NCBI GenBank assembly: GCA_026417035.1
Contig: JAOAEA010000011.1
Span: 7,902 to 71,901, forward strand
DNA: 64,000 nt
Direction: 5' to 3'
From: Burkholderiales bacterium
GTDB lineage: Bacteria > Pseudomonadota > Gammaproteobacteria > Burkholderiales > SG8-39
A program made the translations under genes and the position numbers. Under the pieces are notes generated by a model. That model worked only from the letters and a program-made list of their open reading frames with translations, made no database searches and was not told the DNA's origin. This document shows positions 17,956 through 29,941 of this stretch, one piece after another. Position 1 is the stretch's first letter, and every line of letters starts with the position of its first letter.

Positions 17956-19809
17956 ATGGCGAGCTTTCGACTCGACCGATCAGGGATGCTGGTGCGCCGC
18001 ATCGCCTGCTCTCTGGGCGCGCTGGCGGTCGTCGGGCTCGGCCTGGCGACCGCGGCCGCGCGGGCCGCGGTGATCACGTCTCAGGCCGTTGCGACGTTCA
18101 CCGACTCCAAGGCACCGTACCTCGGGGCGTTCACGAAGAAGAGCTTCCCGATCTACTCGGACAGCTTCGCCGATTCGATCGGCGGGATCTATGCCGGCGT
18201 CGGCGCGCAGGCGTCCGGCAGCGTGTCCGCGACGCTGGAGGGGTTCGTCGAGGCATTCTGGCTCCCCACTTACAGCTACGCGTACTCGTCGAAGAACAGC
18301 ATCCAGCTGAACTGGGCGGGCGAGAAGATGTCGGTCGGCGACTCGTTCTTCCTGCAGGCGAGCGCGATACCCGTGGGCTGGGGCAAGGTCACGCTGGAAG
18401 ACGAAGGCTTCAAGGGGGGATTCGGGCTGCGCGAGAGCGTGATCGCCGCAGCGAGCGCAAAGGGCTGTCTCGGCGGGTGCCTGGAGCTCGGGCTGAGCCT
18501 GGCGCTCAAGCAGGAGCAGGAGCTTGCCACGCTGCTTGGCGGCGCGCTGATGGTTCTCGGGCAGAACGTCGGTAACGTCCTGCCCTACTCCTACACGTCG
18601 GCGGACAACACGCTCTCGCTCGACATCCACGCGCCGAACTTCGCCGCGCCGCTGAATCAGGTCGCGGGCAAGACCGGACCGGCGACCCACACGAGCACCC
18701 AGACGCTCGCGACCGGCGCCGTGGACGTCGCGCAGCTCATCGCCAACCTGATCGGCCTGCCGGTGCCGCTATCCGGCAGCGTGGGCGGCTTCGGGTACAC
18801 GCTGATCGAGGCGCTGGTCGGTCTCGGGCTGGAGCTCGAGCGCTGGTTCAAGCTCGAGGCCGCCAAGCTCTACACGTCGCTCGCGTTCTCGGCGCCGGTC
18901 GTCATCTCGACCGATGGGGTGAACTGGAGCGAGGCGAAAACGTCGTTCACCCCCGAGCCGGGCACGGCCTACGAGATTCGGCCCGTGAACGACGCGACGA
19001 CGCTCGGGATCGTGCCGTCTTACGGGTTCTACACGAACCTCGAGGCGAGTCTCGCCCTGGTTCCGTTCGTCTTCGGGTCGGTGCGCGCACTCGAGGTCGA
19101 TGGACACGGCGTGAGCCTCGGCCCGCTCCTCAAGGACTCGATCAAGCAGCCGCTCGCTCACTTCGAGCTCGACTCGTACCAGACGCAGCGGAGCAAATGG
19201 GTTACGGGCCAACCGATCAACCTGACCTTCGACCCGCTCGTTGCCGACGCGAACAACCAGCCGGTCGGCACGCTCTGCCCGAACCTCGGCGACTGTCTCG
19301 CCACCGGCTTCATTCCGATCACGACAGCCGGGGACGGCGGGTGGCGCTCGAGCGAGATCGTCCTGGCGAGGAATCTGACGGGCGCGTGTCTCCTCGGCAT
19401 CCTCGACGACCCCGACAGCCCCTGTGACCTCGATCCGGTATTCGTGCCACTCCGCTATGACTTCCGCGAGGGTGCGAGCCGCATCGATCCGATCGAATTC
19501 ACTCCGCGGTACGACGTGCTCCGATCGATCCTCGGCGCCGTGGACCCTGTTCCCGGACCCGAGTCAGATGCCTGGATCATCGAGGCGAGCGTACGCGACG
19601 CGATCGCGCGGCTCGGCTTCGATCCCGATGCCGACGCGTTCCCCAGGCGCGCGCCGTGGGGCGATCCGGCCCCGACCGCGCCGATCGTCGGAGATACGGT
19701 CTACCTGGTGAATATCACCGCCGTACCCGAACCGAGCACGTTCGCGCTGCTCGCGGTGGCCGTTCTGGTGTTGCTCCACCCACGCGCGAGACTCGCCATC
19801 CGGCCCTGA
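17956..19809 (+). CDS. PEP-CTERM sorting-domain secreted protein (617 aa, otherwise uncharacterised)
   Basis: RBS GGGAAGGGAG and an N-terminal signal peptide (IACSLGALAVVGLGLATAAARA). The C-terminus VPEPSTFALLAVAVLVLLHPRARLAIRP is PEP motif + TM helix + basic tail. S/T/G/Y-rich composition. Confidence 0.85.
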   Translation: MASFRLDRSGMLVRRIACSLGALAVVGLGLATAAARAAVITSQAVATFTDSKAPYLGAFTKKSFPIYSDSFADSIGGIYAGVGAQASGSVSATLEGFVEAFWLPTYSYAYSSKNSIQLNWAGEKMSVGDSFFLQASAIPVGWGKVTLEDEGFKGGFGLRESVIAAASAKGCLGGCLELGLSLALKQEQELATLLGGALMVLGQNVGNVLPYSYTSADNTLSLDIHAPNFAAPLNQVAGKTGPATHTSTQTLATGAVDVAQLIANLIGLPVPLSGSVGGFGYTLIEALVGLGLELERWFKLEAAKLYTSLAFSAPVVISTDGVNWSEAKTSFTPEPGTAYEIRPVNDATTLGIVPSYGFYTNLEASLALVPFVFGSVRALEVDGHGVSLGPLLKDSIKQPLAHFELDSYQTQRSKWVTGQPINLTFDPLVADANNQPVGTLCPNLGDCLATGFIPITTAGDGGWRSSEIVLARNLTGACLLGILDDPDSPCDLDPVFVPLRYDFREGASRIDPIEFTPRYDVLRSILGAVDPVPGPESDAWIIEASVRDAIARLGFDPDADAFPRRAPWGDPAPTAPIVGDTVYLVNITAVPEPSTFALLAVAVLVLLHPRARLAIRP

Positions 19810-19951
19810 CCGCCGCGCGTGCGCGACGCGCGCCGCGCGCTAGGCCGCCGGTGCGGCCTCCGCCTCCCGGCTCGCGCGCTTGCGCTCGTGCCTGGACGAA
19901 CAAGGGGGCAAGCGCCCCCTTGTTGATCCCCCAAGCCAGTGGCGGCGCGCG

Positions 19952-21784
<1,833 letters not shown>

Positions 21785-21977
21785 GCGCGGGCCGCGGGCG
21801 AAAAATCACGAGATTCTAACAGCTTGGACCCCAGAAACCGGTCCTTCCCGCAGCTCGGCGCCAGCGGCGGCGAGCCGGACCAGCGCAAGGCCGCCCTACC
21901 CGGGCCATCAACGGCCGCACGCGGTTCGCCTAAACTTCGCCGCCATGCGAGGCGTCGCGCGAAGATCGGAGCGGCCG

Positions 21978-22901
21978 ATGGCCGGCAGCGGTCGCAGGGC
22001 CGCGCCGCGGATCGGCGCGCTGGTCCTGGGCGCGTGCGTCGCGCTCTCCACGCTCGCGCAGACGGCGGAGCGCAGCGAGGACCGGGCGCAGAAGGCGGCC
22101 CGGCTGGTCGCCGCCAAACCCTGGATCGGATCGGCCGACGAATACCTCAGGCTCGAGCCCGCGGTCGCCTCGCAGATCGAGAACGCGTCCGACGAGGTCG
22201 TGCGCTCGCTGCGCGGCGGCGGCGGGTGGAATCCAAACCATCCGAAGTGGGAAGCCATGCGCAACCGCGTGCGCGCCGACATGCGCGCCGCGTGGGACGA
22301 GGTCGGGCGGGCGCTCCTGGGCGGTATCGAGCCGGCGCGCTATCAGGAGCACCTCGTCGGACTGTACCTCGCGAGCTTCGACGATGCGGGGCTCGACGCG
22401 CTCCTCGCCTTCTACGGCTCGCCGGGCGGCACCGGCTACCTCGCGCTGCTCCGCGAGCTCACGGCCGCCGCGCGCGAGGCCGAAGCGGCGGTCGCCGACG
22501 TGCTCGCGGGCGGGCCGGCGCGCTGGCAGGGGCAGGACCCCGAGCGCACCCGGGCGCGGATCCGGACGCTGCTCGTGCTCGAGCCGATGCAGGCGATGGC
22601 GAACATCGCGCGCGAGCCCGACGACCCGCGGCTCGCGGCCGGCATGAGCGCGACGCTCCTCACCATCGTGGCGGTGCGCGGCGAACGGATCGACGCGCTC
22701 GCCGAGGGTCTCGACCCGGCCACCCGCGCCGCGGTGGACGGGCTGCCGCGCGACCCGGCGCGCGCACGGGAACGGGAGATGCTCGTCGCCGAATCCGAGC
22801 GGATCTACCGCGCGGCGGGCGAGTGGGCGTCGGCGCTCGGCGCCTTCCTGAAACGCCTCGCGGCACAGGAGTCGGTCTGGAAGGCGCTCGCCGCGGACTG
22901 A
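21978..22901 (+). CDS. DUF2059-like secreted protein
   Basis: Signal peptide ([20 protein letters not shown]). [26 protein letters not shown] resembles the DUF2059 FYxSPxG motif. The start could be 21945. Confidence 0.6.
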   Translation: MAGSGRRAAPRIGALVLGACVALSTLAQTAERSEDRAQKAARLVAAKPWIGSADEYLRLEPAVASQIENASDEVVRSLRGGGGWNPNHPKWEAMRNRVRADMRAAWDEVGRALLGGIEPARYQEHLVGLYLASFDDAGLDALLAFYGSPGGTGYLALLRELTAAAREAEAAVADVLAGGPARWQGQDPERTRARIRTLLVLEPMQAMANIAREPDDPRLAAGMSATLLTIVAVRGERIDALAEGLDPATRAAVDGLPRDPARAREREMLVAESERIYRAAGEWASALGAFLKRLAAQESVWKALAAD

Positions 22902-22911
22902 GTCGCTGCGC

Positions 22912-24069
22912 TCAGCCGGCGCCGCGGAGCGCAGCCGCGCGCGGATCCATCAGCCGCCGCCAGAGCGGCGGCACCAGCGCGACCAGGATCATCCCGGCGT
23001 AGCCCGTGGGGAGCTGCGGAGCCTCCGGGATGCTGCGCAGGATCTGGTAGGGCCGGCGCGCGTAGCGGTGGTGGTCGGCGTGGCGCTGCAGGTGGAAGAG
23101 GAAGAGGTTGGTGAGGAAGGCGTCGGCGTTCCACGAGTGCATCACGTCCACCGGCGCGTAGCGGCCGTCGGGAAGCCGGCGCCGCTCGAGCCCGTAGTGC
23201 TCGATGTAGTTCACCACCTCGAGCAGCGCGATGCCGACCGCCGCCTGCGCGACGAAGAACGCGACGCCGCGCCAGCCGAACGCGGCCCACGCCGCGGCGC
23301 CGAAGGCGGCGCAGAGCGCATACCACCAGAGGAGCTCGTTGCGCCAGTGGCAGGCCGGCAGCCCGCGCGCGGCGAGCCGCTCGCGCTCGAAACGCCAGGC
23401 TTTGCGGAAGTTGGTCGCGAAGGCGACCGCCAGGAACGCGTAGACGGACTGCCCGAGGCGCGCGGTGGTGTTGTCGCGCGGCGTGCCGACGTCGACGTGA
23501 TGGCCGCGGATGTGCTCGATCTTGAAGCCCGGATAGAGCGACGAGGAGAGGAGCACGCCGCCCGCCCACTGGTCCAGGCGGGAGGCTTTGTGGACGAGCT
23601 CGTGGCCGACGTTGATCGCGATCGATCCCGAGATGGTGCCCACGGCGAGGATCCAGCCGAGCTGCCCGGGCGGCCCGAGATCCCAGTGCACGAACGCCCA
23701 GGCGCCGAAGGCGACGGAAGCGAGTTGGACCGGCACGCACGCGAGCAGCGCCGCCCGGTAGAAACGGTCGCGCGCGAGCGCGGCGGATTCGTCGTCGGTG
23801 GGGTTGACCGGGTCGGCGCCGATCAGGAGGTCGGCGAGCGGAATCAGCCCGAAGACGACGAAGACCGGGAACCACGCCGCGAGGTCCGCCGGCATCCCGT
23901 CGCGCGCGAGGAGCCAGGCCTGCAGCGGGAGCGTCGCCGCAGCGAACGGCAGCAGGAACCCGACCTTCTTCAGGCGGAAATACCGCCGCCGCGCGGCGCT
24001 GGTGGCGAGCATGTGCGGGCCGTATCGGAACCTGGGTGCGACTATAGGCGGGGTCGCGTCGGCGCTCAA
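22912..24069 (-). CDS. alkB: Alkane 1-monooxygenase / membrane fatty-acid-desaturase-family hydroxylase (AlkB-like)
   Basis: All four AlkB signature boxes are present: HELVHK, EHIRGHH, NYIEHYGL, LQRHADHH. Multiple TM segments. Confidence 0.85.
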   Translation of the reverse strand: MSADATPPIVAPRFRYGPHMLATSAARRRYFRLKKVGFLLPFAAATLPLQAWLLARDGMPADLAAWFPVFVVFGLIPLADLLIGADPVNPTDDESAALARDRFYRAALLACVPVQLASVAFGAWAFVHWDLGPPGQLGWILAVGTISGSIAINVGHELVHKASRLDQWAGGVLLSSSLYPGFKIEHIRGHHVDVGTPRDNTTARLGQSVYAFLAVAFATNFRKAWRFERERLAARGLPACHWRNELLWWYALCAAFGAAAWAAFGWRGVAFFVAQAAVGIALLEVVNYIEHYGLERRRLPDGRYAPVDVMHSWNADAFLTNLFLFHLQRHADHHRYARRPYQILRSIPEAPQLPTGYAGMILVALVPPLWRRLMDPRAAALRGAG

Positions 24070-24183
24070 GGCGCGGCGCCGCGGGATCCGCAGATCCGTA
24101 GAATGGCGGGCGTCGCGCCGGGTACGAGCGCCGGCCGATGCCGCAGCGGGTTGCGGCAGTCACGGCTCGCGAGGACCGCAGGC

Positions 24184-24672
24184 ATGACGAGAGAGCAGCC
24201 GCTTGGCTTCGATGCGGTGATTCCGGCGCCGTTCGGCGCGCTCGGCCTGCGCCTTGTCGGCGAGGCGCTCTCGGGCATCGGGTTCCTGCCACCGGGCAGC
24301 CGCCCGCAGGCACCCGAAGGAGCAGCCGCGCGCGAGGCGGCGCGCCAGATCGCCGCCTACCTCGCTGACCCGCGGATCCGCTTCGACCTGCCGCTCGCGC
24401 GTTCCGGCACGCCGTTCCAGCGGCGCGTCTGGGCGGCGATGGCGCGCATCCCGCGCGGCGAGACGCGCACCTACGGCGAGCTCGCCGCGGCGCTCGGTTC
24501 GGCGGCGCGCGCGGTCGGGCAGGCCTGCGGCGCGAATCCGCTGCCGGTCGTCGTGCCCTGCCATCGCGTCGTCGGCAGCTCGGGCATCGGCGGCTTCGCC
24601 GGCGCCACCCGCGGATTCCTCGTCGAGGCGAAGCGCTGGCTGCTCGCACACGAGGCGCGCGCGGCGGCATGA
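24184..24672 (+). CDS. ogt: Methylated-DNA--protein-cysteine methyltransferase
   Basis: Active-site PCHRVV motif and the TYGELA helix. Only the last 162 codons of ORF 23068..24672 are used. Confidence 0.88.
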   Translation: MTREQPLGFDAVIPAPFGALGLRLVGEALSGIGFLPPGSRPQAPEGAAAREAARQIAAYLADPRIRFDLPLARSGTPFQRRVWAAMARIPRGETRTYGELAAALGSAARAVGQACGANPLPVVVPCHRVVGSSGIGGFAGATRGFLVEAKRWLLAHEARAAA

Positions 24673-25583
24673 GCGTGCAGGTCCTTCCCGCGGACGCCGC
24701 GCTGCTCGACGAGTTCTGCGACCGCCTCTGGCTCGAGGACGGGCTCGCCAGGAACACGCTGGAGGCGTACCGCCGCGACCTGCGCCTCTTCGGTGAATGG
24801 CTGGCGGCGCGGGGGCGCTCGCTCACGCTCGCGACCGAGGCCGACGTCGCCGGCTACCTCGCGCACCGGCACGCCGGTCCCGCGGCGCCGCGCGCGAGCA
24901 CGCAGGCGCGCCTCGCCTCGAGCCTCAAGCGCCTCTACCGCTTCCTCGCCCGCGAAGGCCGGATTTCGGCCGACCCCACCGCCAGGCTCGATCCGCCGAA
25001 GCGCGCGCCGCGCTTCCCGCGGAGCCTCTCCGAAGCCGATGTCGAGGCGCTCCTCGGCGCGCCGGACCCGGGGACGCCGCTCGGCCTGCGCGACCGCGCG
25101 ATGCTCGAGACGCTCTACGCGACGGGCCTGCGCGTGTCGGAGCTGGTGCACCTCAAGCTCGTCGAGGTCGCGCTCGACATGGGCGTGGTGCGGATCCTCG
25201 GCAAGGGCGCGAGGGAGCGGCTCGTGCCGCTCGGCGAGGAGGCGGCCGCCTGGCTCGTCCGCTACCTCCGCGAGGCGCGCACGGCGATCCTCGGTCGCGC
25301 GGCGTCGGACTACGTGTTCGTGACCTCCCGCGGGGCGCCGATGACGCGGCAGGCGTTCTGGAGCCTCCTCAAACGCCACGCCGCGCGCTCGGTTCCGGGC
25401 CGCGAGCTCTCGCCGCACACGCTGCGCCACGCCTTCGCGACGCACCTCCTCAACCACGGCGCCGACCTGCGGGCGGTGCAGATGCTGCTCGGGCACGCGG
25501 ACATCTCGACCACGCAGATCTACACCCACGTCGCGCGCGAGCGGCTGAAGGCGCTGCACGCGAAGCACCACCCGCGGGGCTAG
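24669..25583 (+). CDS. xerD: Site-specific tyrosine recombinase XerD
   Basis: N-terminus LLDEFCDRLWLEDGLARNTLEAYRRDL and C-terminus HTLRHAFATHLLNHGADLRAVQMLLGHADISTTQIYTHV. ATGA overlap with ogt. Confidence 0.92.
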   Translation: MSVQVLPADAALLDEFCDRLWLEDGLARNTLEAYRRDLRLFGEWLAARGRSLTLATEADVAGYLAHRHAGPAAPRASTQARLASSLKRLYRFLAREGRISADPTARLDPPKRAPRFPRSLSEADVEALLGAPDPGTPLGLRDRAMLETLYATGLRVSELVHLKLVEVALDMGVVRILGKGARERLVPLGEEAAAWLVRYLREARTAILGRAASDYVFVTSRGAPMTRQAFWSLLKRHAARSVPGRELSPHTLRHAFATHLLNHGADLRAVQMLLGHADISTTQIYTHVARERLKALHAKHHPRG

Positions 25584-25800
25584 CGCGTGGACCGCGGCAG
25601 CGCGAAACGCGCGCGGGTTCGCGATGGAACCTCTCGGCACGGCGCGGCGCGCGGCTGCCACCCTCGCACCGCATGGCGCCGACCTCACGGGCGAGGGATG
25701 GCGCGGCGCTCCGTGGTCGAGGGCGGACCGTGCCGGCGCTCGCACGAGCGTCCTGCGTGCGCCTCCGCGTGCTTGGCGCCATTGCGGCTCTGAGGGAGTC

Positions 25801-26286
25801 ATGTCGAAGCACGTCTCCGAGACCCCCGCCACCGCGTTCCTGAAGCGCCACGGCGTCGCCTACACGGAGCACGTCTACGAATACGAGGCGCACGGCGGCA
25901 CCCGCGTGTCGGCGCGCGAGCTCGGCGTGGACGAGCACGCCGTGGTGAAGACGCTCGTGATGGAGGACGAGCGCCGGCAGCCGCTCATCGTGCTGATGCA
26001 CGGCGACCGCACCGTGTCGACCAAGAACCTCGCGCGGCAGGCCGGGCGCAAGTCGATCGCGCCGTGCCGGCCGGAGGTCGCCCAGCGGCACACGGGCTAC
26101 CAGGTCGGCGGCACCTCGCCCTTCGGGACGCGCAAACCCCTGCCGGTGTTCCTCGAGCGCTCGATCCTCGACCTCGAGCGCATCTACGTGAACGGCGGGC
26201 GGCGCGGATTCCTCGTCGGCATCGCGCCGGGCGAGCTGGTGCGGATCCTCGAGCCCACGCTCGTGGAGGTCGCGCTCGCCGGCTGA
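25801..26286 (+). CDS. ybaK: Cys-tRNA(Pro)/Cys-tRNA(Cys) deacylase YbaK
   Basis: TPATAFLKRHGVAY..., GYQVGGTSPFG motif. RBS GAGGGAG. Confidence 0.85.
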   Translation: MSKHVSETPATAFLKRHGVAYTEHVYEYEAHGGTRVSARELGVDEHAVVKTLVMEDERRQPLIVLMHGDRTVSTKNLARQAGRKSIAPCRPEVAQRHTGYQVGGTSPFGTRKPLPVFLERSILDLERIYVNGGRRGFLVGIAPGELVRILEPTLVEVALAG

Positions 26287-26317
26287 ATGCGGGCGGCGCG
26301 AAGGAGGTCGCGACCGC

Positions 26318-26671
26318 CTACGCGCGCGAGCGCTCGATCGTCACGCCGACGTGCCGGACGCCCTTGATGATGCCGAGCTTCGCCACGGACACGCGCACCC
26401 AGGGCGCGTGGAACTCGTCGAGCAAGAGGTTGGCGATGAAGTCGGCGAGGTTCTCCACCAGCCCGAAGCGCCGCTCGCCGAGCTCGTCGCGGATGCGCTG
26501 CACGACGACCGCGTAGTCGATCGTGTCGGCGACCTTGCCGCTCGCGAACACCGCGGCGCTCGGCAGCCCGATCTCGAGGTCGAGCTCGATGGCCTGCCGG
26601 GTGACGCGCTCGCGCCGGTAGATGCCGACCATGGCGTCGAGCTTGAGCTCGCGCAGGAAGATGATGTCCAT
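26318..26671 (-). CDS. folB: Dihydroneopterin aldolase
   Basis: [22 protein letters not shown]... and 117 aa, typical FolB. Confidence 0.9.
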   Translation of the reverse strand: MDIIFLRELKLDAMVGIYRRERVTRQAIELDLEIGLPSAAVFASGKVADTIDYAVVVQRIRDELGERRFGLVENLADFIANLLLDEFHAPWVRVSVAKLGIIKGVRHVGVTIERSRA

Positions 26672-26674
26672 GCC

Positions 26675-26719
26675 GGGGATCGGGTCTCGGGGAATCGGGG
26701 ATCGGGTCGCGTGATCGGG
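26675..26719. repeat. GGGGATCGGG-type degenerate heptad-like repeat cluster
   Basis: GGGGATCGGGTCTCGGGGAATCGGGGATCGGGTCGCGTGATCGGG. Its complement abuts the folB start codon. Confidence 0.6.
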
Positions 26720-26811
26720 CAGCGTCGCCGGCCAGGGCCGCGCGGTTCGTGCTGCAGCAGGCTCGCGACGGTTCGCGCTACACTGCGCCGCATCCGCGTC
26801 TGCACGATGCC

Positions 26812-27459
26812 ATGGCGACTGCCGCGTTCATTTTAATCGCTTACCTGATCGGGTCGCTTTCGTTCGCCGTGATCGTGAGCCGGGCGTTCGGCTTGCCCGA
26901 CCCGAAGACCTACGGCTCCGGCAACCCCGGCGCGACCAACGTGCTGCGCACCGGCAACCGGCTCGCCGCGGCGCTCACGCTCGCGGGCGACGCGCTGAAA
27001 GGGTTCGCCGCCGTGATGCTCGCGCGCTGGCTCGGCCCGCAGTTCGGCGTCGGCGCGGCGGGGATCGACGCGGTCGCGCTCGCGGTGTTCGCCGGCCACC
27101 TCTATCCCGCGTTCTTCGGCTTCCGCGGCGGCAAGGGCGTCGCGACCGCGGCCGGCGTGCTGTTCGCGATGAACGTGTGGCTCGGGCTCGCGACGCTCTT
27201 CACCTGGGGGATCGTCGCCGCGCTGTTCCGCTACTCGTCGCTCGCGGCGATCGCGGCGGCCTTCGCCGCCCCGTTCTTCGCCGCGATGCTCTCCGGGCAG
27301 CCGCTCGCCGTCGCCACCGTCGCGGCGATCGCGCTCCTGCTCATCTGGCGCCACCGCGACAACGTGCGCCGGCTGCTGGCGGGCGCGGAGACGCGCATCG
27401 GGCGGAAGCCGGCGGCTCCCGCCGCCGAGCCGGGGATGCGCGACCAGGGGTCAGGCTAG
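26812..27459 (+). CDS. plsY: Glycerol-3-phosphate acyltransferase PlsY
   Basis: [34 protein letters not shown]. Start at ATG 26812 within ORF 26749..27459. Confidence 0.92.
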   Translation: MATAAFILIAYLIGSLSFAVIVSRAFGLPDPKTYGSGNPGATNVLRTGNRLAAALTLAGDALKGFAAVMLARWLGPQFGVGAAGIDAVALAVFAGHLYPAFFGFRGGKGVATAAGVLFAMNVWLGLATLFTWGIVAALFRYSSLAAIAAAFAAPFFAAMLSGQPLAVATVAAIALLLIWRHRDNVRRLLAGAETRIGRKPAAPAAEPGMRDQGSG

Positions 27460-28518
27460 CTCCGCGGCCGGCGCCAGGGCGGCGAGGTCCCAGCGCGGCC
27501 TTACGGTGAACGCGTGCGGCCCGGGCCCCTCGGCTGCCACCGCCCCGCCGGTCGCCGATCCTCGATCCCTCGCCGACGCGAGCCGCAGCGCGCCGGCGAA
27601 CGCGATCATCGCCCCGTTGTCGGTGCACAGCTCGAGCTCCGGGTAGAAGACTTCGAACCCGCAACGCGCGGCCTCGGCATCGAGGCGGCTCCGCAGGTGG
27701 CGGTTCGCGCCGACGCCGCCCGCGACCACCAGGCGCGCGAGTCCGGTTGCGCGCACCGCGGCCGCGGCCTTCGCGACGAGGACGTCCACGATCGCGGACT
27801 GCAGCGCGCGCGCGATGTCCGCCTTCGTCTGCGCGTCCAGGATCTCCCCGCGCACGAGGTCGCGCACCGCCGTCTTCAGACCGCTGAAGCTGAAGTCGAG
27901 ATCGCCGCTCGCGTGCATCGGCCGGGGCAGCCGGAAGCGTCCCTCGGCGCCGGACTCCGCGAGGCGCGCGATCGCCGGCCCGCCCGGATACCCGAGCCCG
28001 AGGAGCTGCGCGGTCTTGTCGAAGGCTTCGCCCGCGGCGTCGTCCAGGGTTTCTCCGAGGAGCCGGTAGCGCCCGACCCCTGCCACGCGCATGAGCTGCG
28101 TGTGCCCGCCCGACACGAGCAGCGCGACGAACGGGAAGGCGGGCGGCCGCGCGGCGAGGAGCGGCGAGAGCAGATGTCCCTCGAGGTGGTGCACGCCGAT
28201 CGCCGGGATCCCGCGTGCGTAGGCGAGCGACGCCGCGACGCTCGCGCCGACGAGCAGCGCTCCGGCGAGCCCCGGGCCCTCCGTGTAGGCGATGCCGTCG
28301 AGATCGGCCGGGCTCGCGCCGGCCTCGCCGAGGACGCGCCGCGCGAGGGGGACGACGCGCCGGATGTGGTCGCGCGAGGCGAGCTCCGGGACGACGCCGC
28401 CGTACGCCTCGTGCATCGCCACCTGGGAATGCAGCGCGCGCGCGAGGAGGCCGCGCTCCGTGTCGTACACGGCGAGCCCGGTCTCGTCGCAGGAAGTTTC
28501 GATGCCGAGGACGAGCAC
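27451..28518 (-). CDS. tsaD: tRNA N6-adenosine threonylcarbamoyltransferase TsaD
   Basis: [37 protein letters not shown]. Confidence 0.95.
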   Translation of the reverse strand: MLVLGIETSCDETGLAVYDTERGLLARALHSQVAMHEAYGGVVPELASRDHIRRVVPLARRVLGEAGASPADLDGIAYTEGPGLAGALLVGASVAASLAYARGIPAIGVHHLEGHLLSPLLAARPPAFPFVALLVSGGHTQLMRVAGVGRYRLLGETLDDAAGEAFDKTAQLLGLGYPGGPAIARLAESGAEGRFRLPRPMHASGDLDFSFSGLKTAVRDLVRGEILDAQTKADIARALQSAIVDVLVAKAAAAVRATGLARLVVAGGVGANRHLRSRLDAEAARCGFEVFYPELELCTDNGAMIAFAGALRLASARDRGSATGGAVAAEGPGPHAFTVRPRWDLAALAPAAELA

Positions 28519-28613
28519 GAGCGGGCGCCGCCGCAGGGGCAGAGAAAGTCAGCAACGGGTAAGGAAAAGGCCCGTAGCATAGCGCGCCCTTGCGTTCCTG
28601 AGGACTTCCCACG

Positions 28614-29909
28614 GTGTCCCGAGCCGCGGCCGTGCTGCTCCTGGCAGCGGCCCTCGTCCCCGTTCGCGCGCCCGCCCAGGCGATCCCGCGGGTCGAACTC
28701 GCCGCGCTCACACTCGCGGACGCCGAGCGCCTCGTGGCCGCGCGCAACCGCGAGGTCCTCGTCGCGCGCCGCGCGCTCGAGGGCGCGCAGGCCGACGTGG
28801 TGAGCGCAGGAGCGGCGCCGAATCCCGTCGTCACGCTGAATGCCGGCGTGGTGAATCCGCAGTCGGGTCTCGGCAAGGCAGCGATTCCGGGGGCCGCGCG
28901 CATCGAGCAGCTCATCGAGCGGGGCGGGAAGCGGGAGCTGCGCGTGGCCGCCGCGCAGCGGCTCGAGTCCGCGGCGAACGCCGAGCTCGCCGACACCCTG
29001 CGGCAGCAGCGGCTCGCGACGGTCTCGGCCTACTACGACCTGCTGCTCGCGCAGGACAAGGTCGCCACCGCCGGGGTGACCGCGGACCTCTTCGCGAAGA
29101 GCGTCGCCGCGACCGAGCGGCGGCTCGCGGCTGGCGACGTCGCGCCGGCGGATCTCACGCGCCTGCGCGTCGAAGCCCTGCGCGCGGAGAACGAGCGGCG
29201 GGCGGCCGAGGCCGAGCGGCAGCGCGCGCAGAACGCGCTCGCCTATCTCATCGGTGCGGAACGCGAGGCCGCCGCCATCCGCGCCGCGGACCCTTGGCCC
29301 TCGCTCGAGGAAGTCGCGCACGCGGCGATCGACGACGCGCTGCTCGACGCGCGCCCCGACGTGGCCGCGGCGCGCGAGCGGCTCGAGGCGGCGAACAAGG
29401 CGCGCGAGCTCGCGAGGAGCCTCGCGACGCGCGACGTGACCCTCGGGGCCGGCATCGAGCGCACGCCGCCGAGCGAGACGAACACCGTGGGTGTGGGGAC
29501 GATCGTCGGCGTCTCGGTGAGCTTTCCGCTGTTCCTGCGCTACACCTACGAGGGGGAGATCGCGCGCGCCGAGGCCGACTACACGGCCGCCATCGAGCTC
29601 CTCGAGATCGCGCGCGCGCAGGCGCGCACCGAGCTCGGCACGGCGGCCGCGGACCTCGCCGCCGCGGCCGAACGGCTCAGGCGCTACGAGGTGAGCCTGC
29701 TCGCCGAGGCGAGGAAGGCCGCCGACTACGCGGAGTTCGCCTACCGCAACGGCGCGATCGGCGTAATCGACCTCCTCGACGCGCGGCGCACGCTGCGCGC
29801 GGTGGAGCTCGACGCCGCCGCCGCGCGGGCCGATTACGCGAAGGCGCTGGCGCGCTGGCGGTCGGGGCTCGCGCGGCACGAGCCCGCGAGCCCGGCGCGA
29901 CGCCCGTGA
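28614..29909 (+). CDS. czcC: Outer-membrane efflux protein, CzcC/TolC family
   Basis: Signal peptide and two OEP repeats. First gene of a C-B-A heavy-metal-RND arrangement. Confidence 0.85.
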   Translation: MSRAAAVLLLAAALVPVRAPAQAIPRVELAALTLADAERLVAARNREVLVARRALEGAQADVVSAGAAPNPVVTLNAGVVNPQSGLGKAAIPGAARIEQLIERGGKRELRVAAAQRLESAANAELADTLRQQRLATVSAYYDLLLAQDKVATAGVTADLFAKSVAATERRLAAGDVAPADLTRLRVEALRAENERRAAEAERQRAQNALAYLIGAEREAAAIRAADPWPSLEEVAHAAIDDALLDARPDVAAARERLEAANKARELARSLATRDVTLGAGIERTPPSETNTVGVGTIVGVSVSFPLFLRYTYEGEIARAEADYTAAIELLEIARAQARTELGTAAADLAAAAERLRRYEVSLLAEARKAADYAEFAYRNGAIGVIDLLDARRTLRAVELDAAAARADYAKALARWRSGLARHEPASPARRP

Positions 29910-29941
29910 AGAGGCGGACGCAGAGGGGAGCCGAGGGGAAG

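Noticed and set aside
24669-25583. Tyrosine recombinase as a marker of a prophage or integrative element.
   Set aside because: The sequence is a canonical housekeeping XerD (N- and C-terminal XerD-type blocks). It is translationally coupled to ogt and surrounded by core genes. No att-like repeats or phage genes were seen.
25587-25793. 68-aa ORF filling the xerD-ybaK intergenic region, and similar 60 to 150-aa ORFs in other spacers.
   Set aside because: Arg/Gly/Ala-rich, no RBS, no motif. Indistinguishable from random open frames at this GC content.
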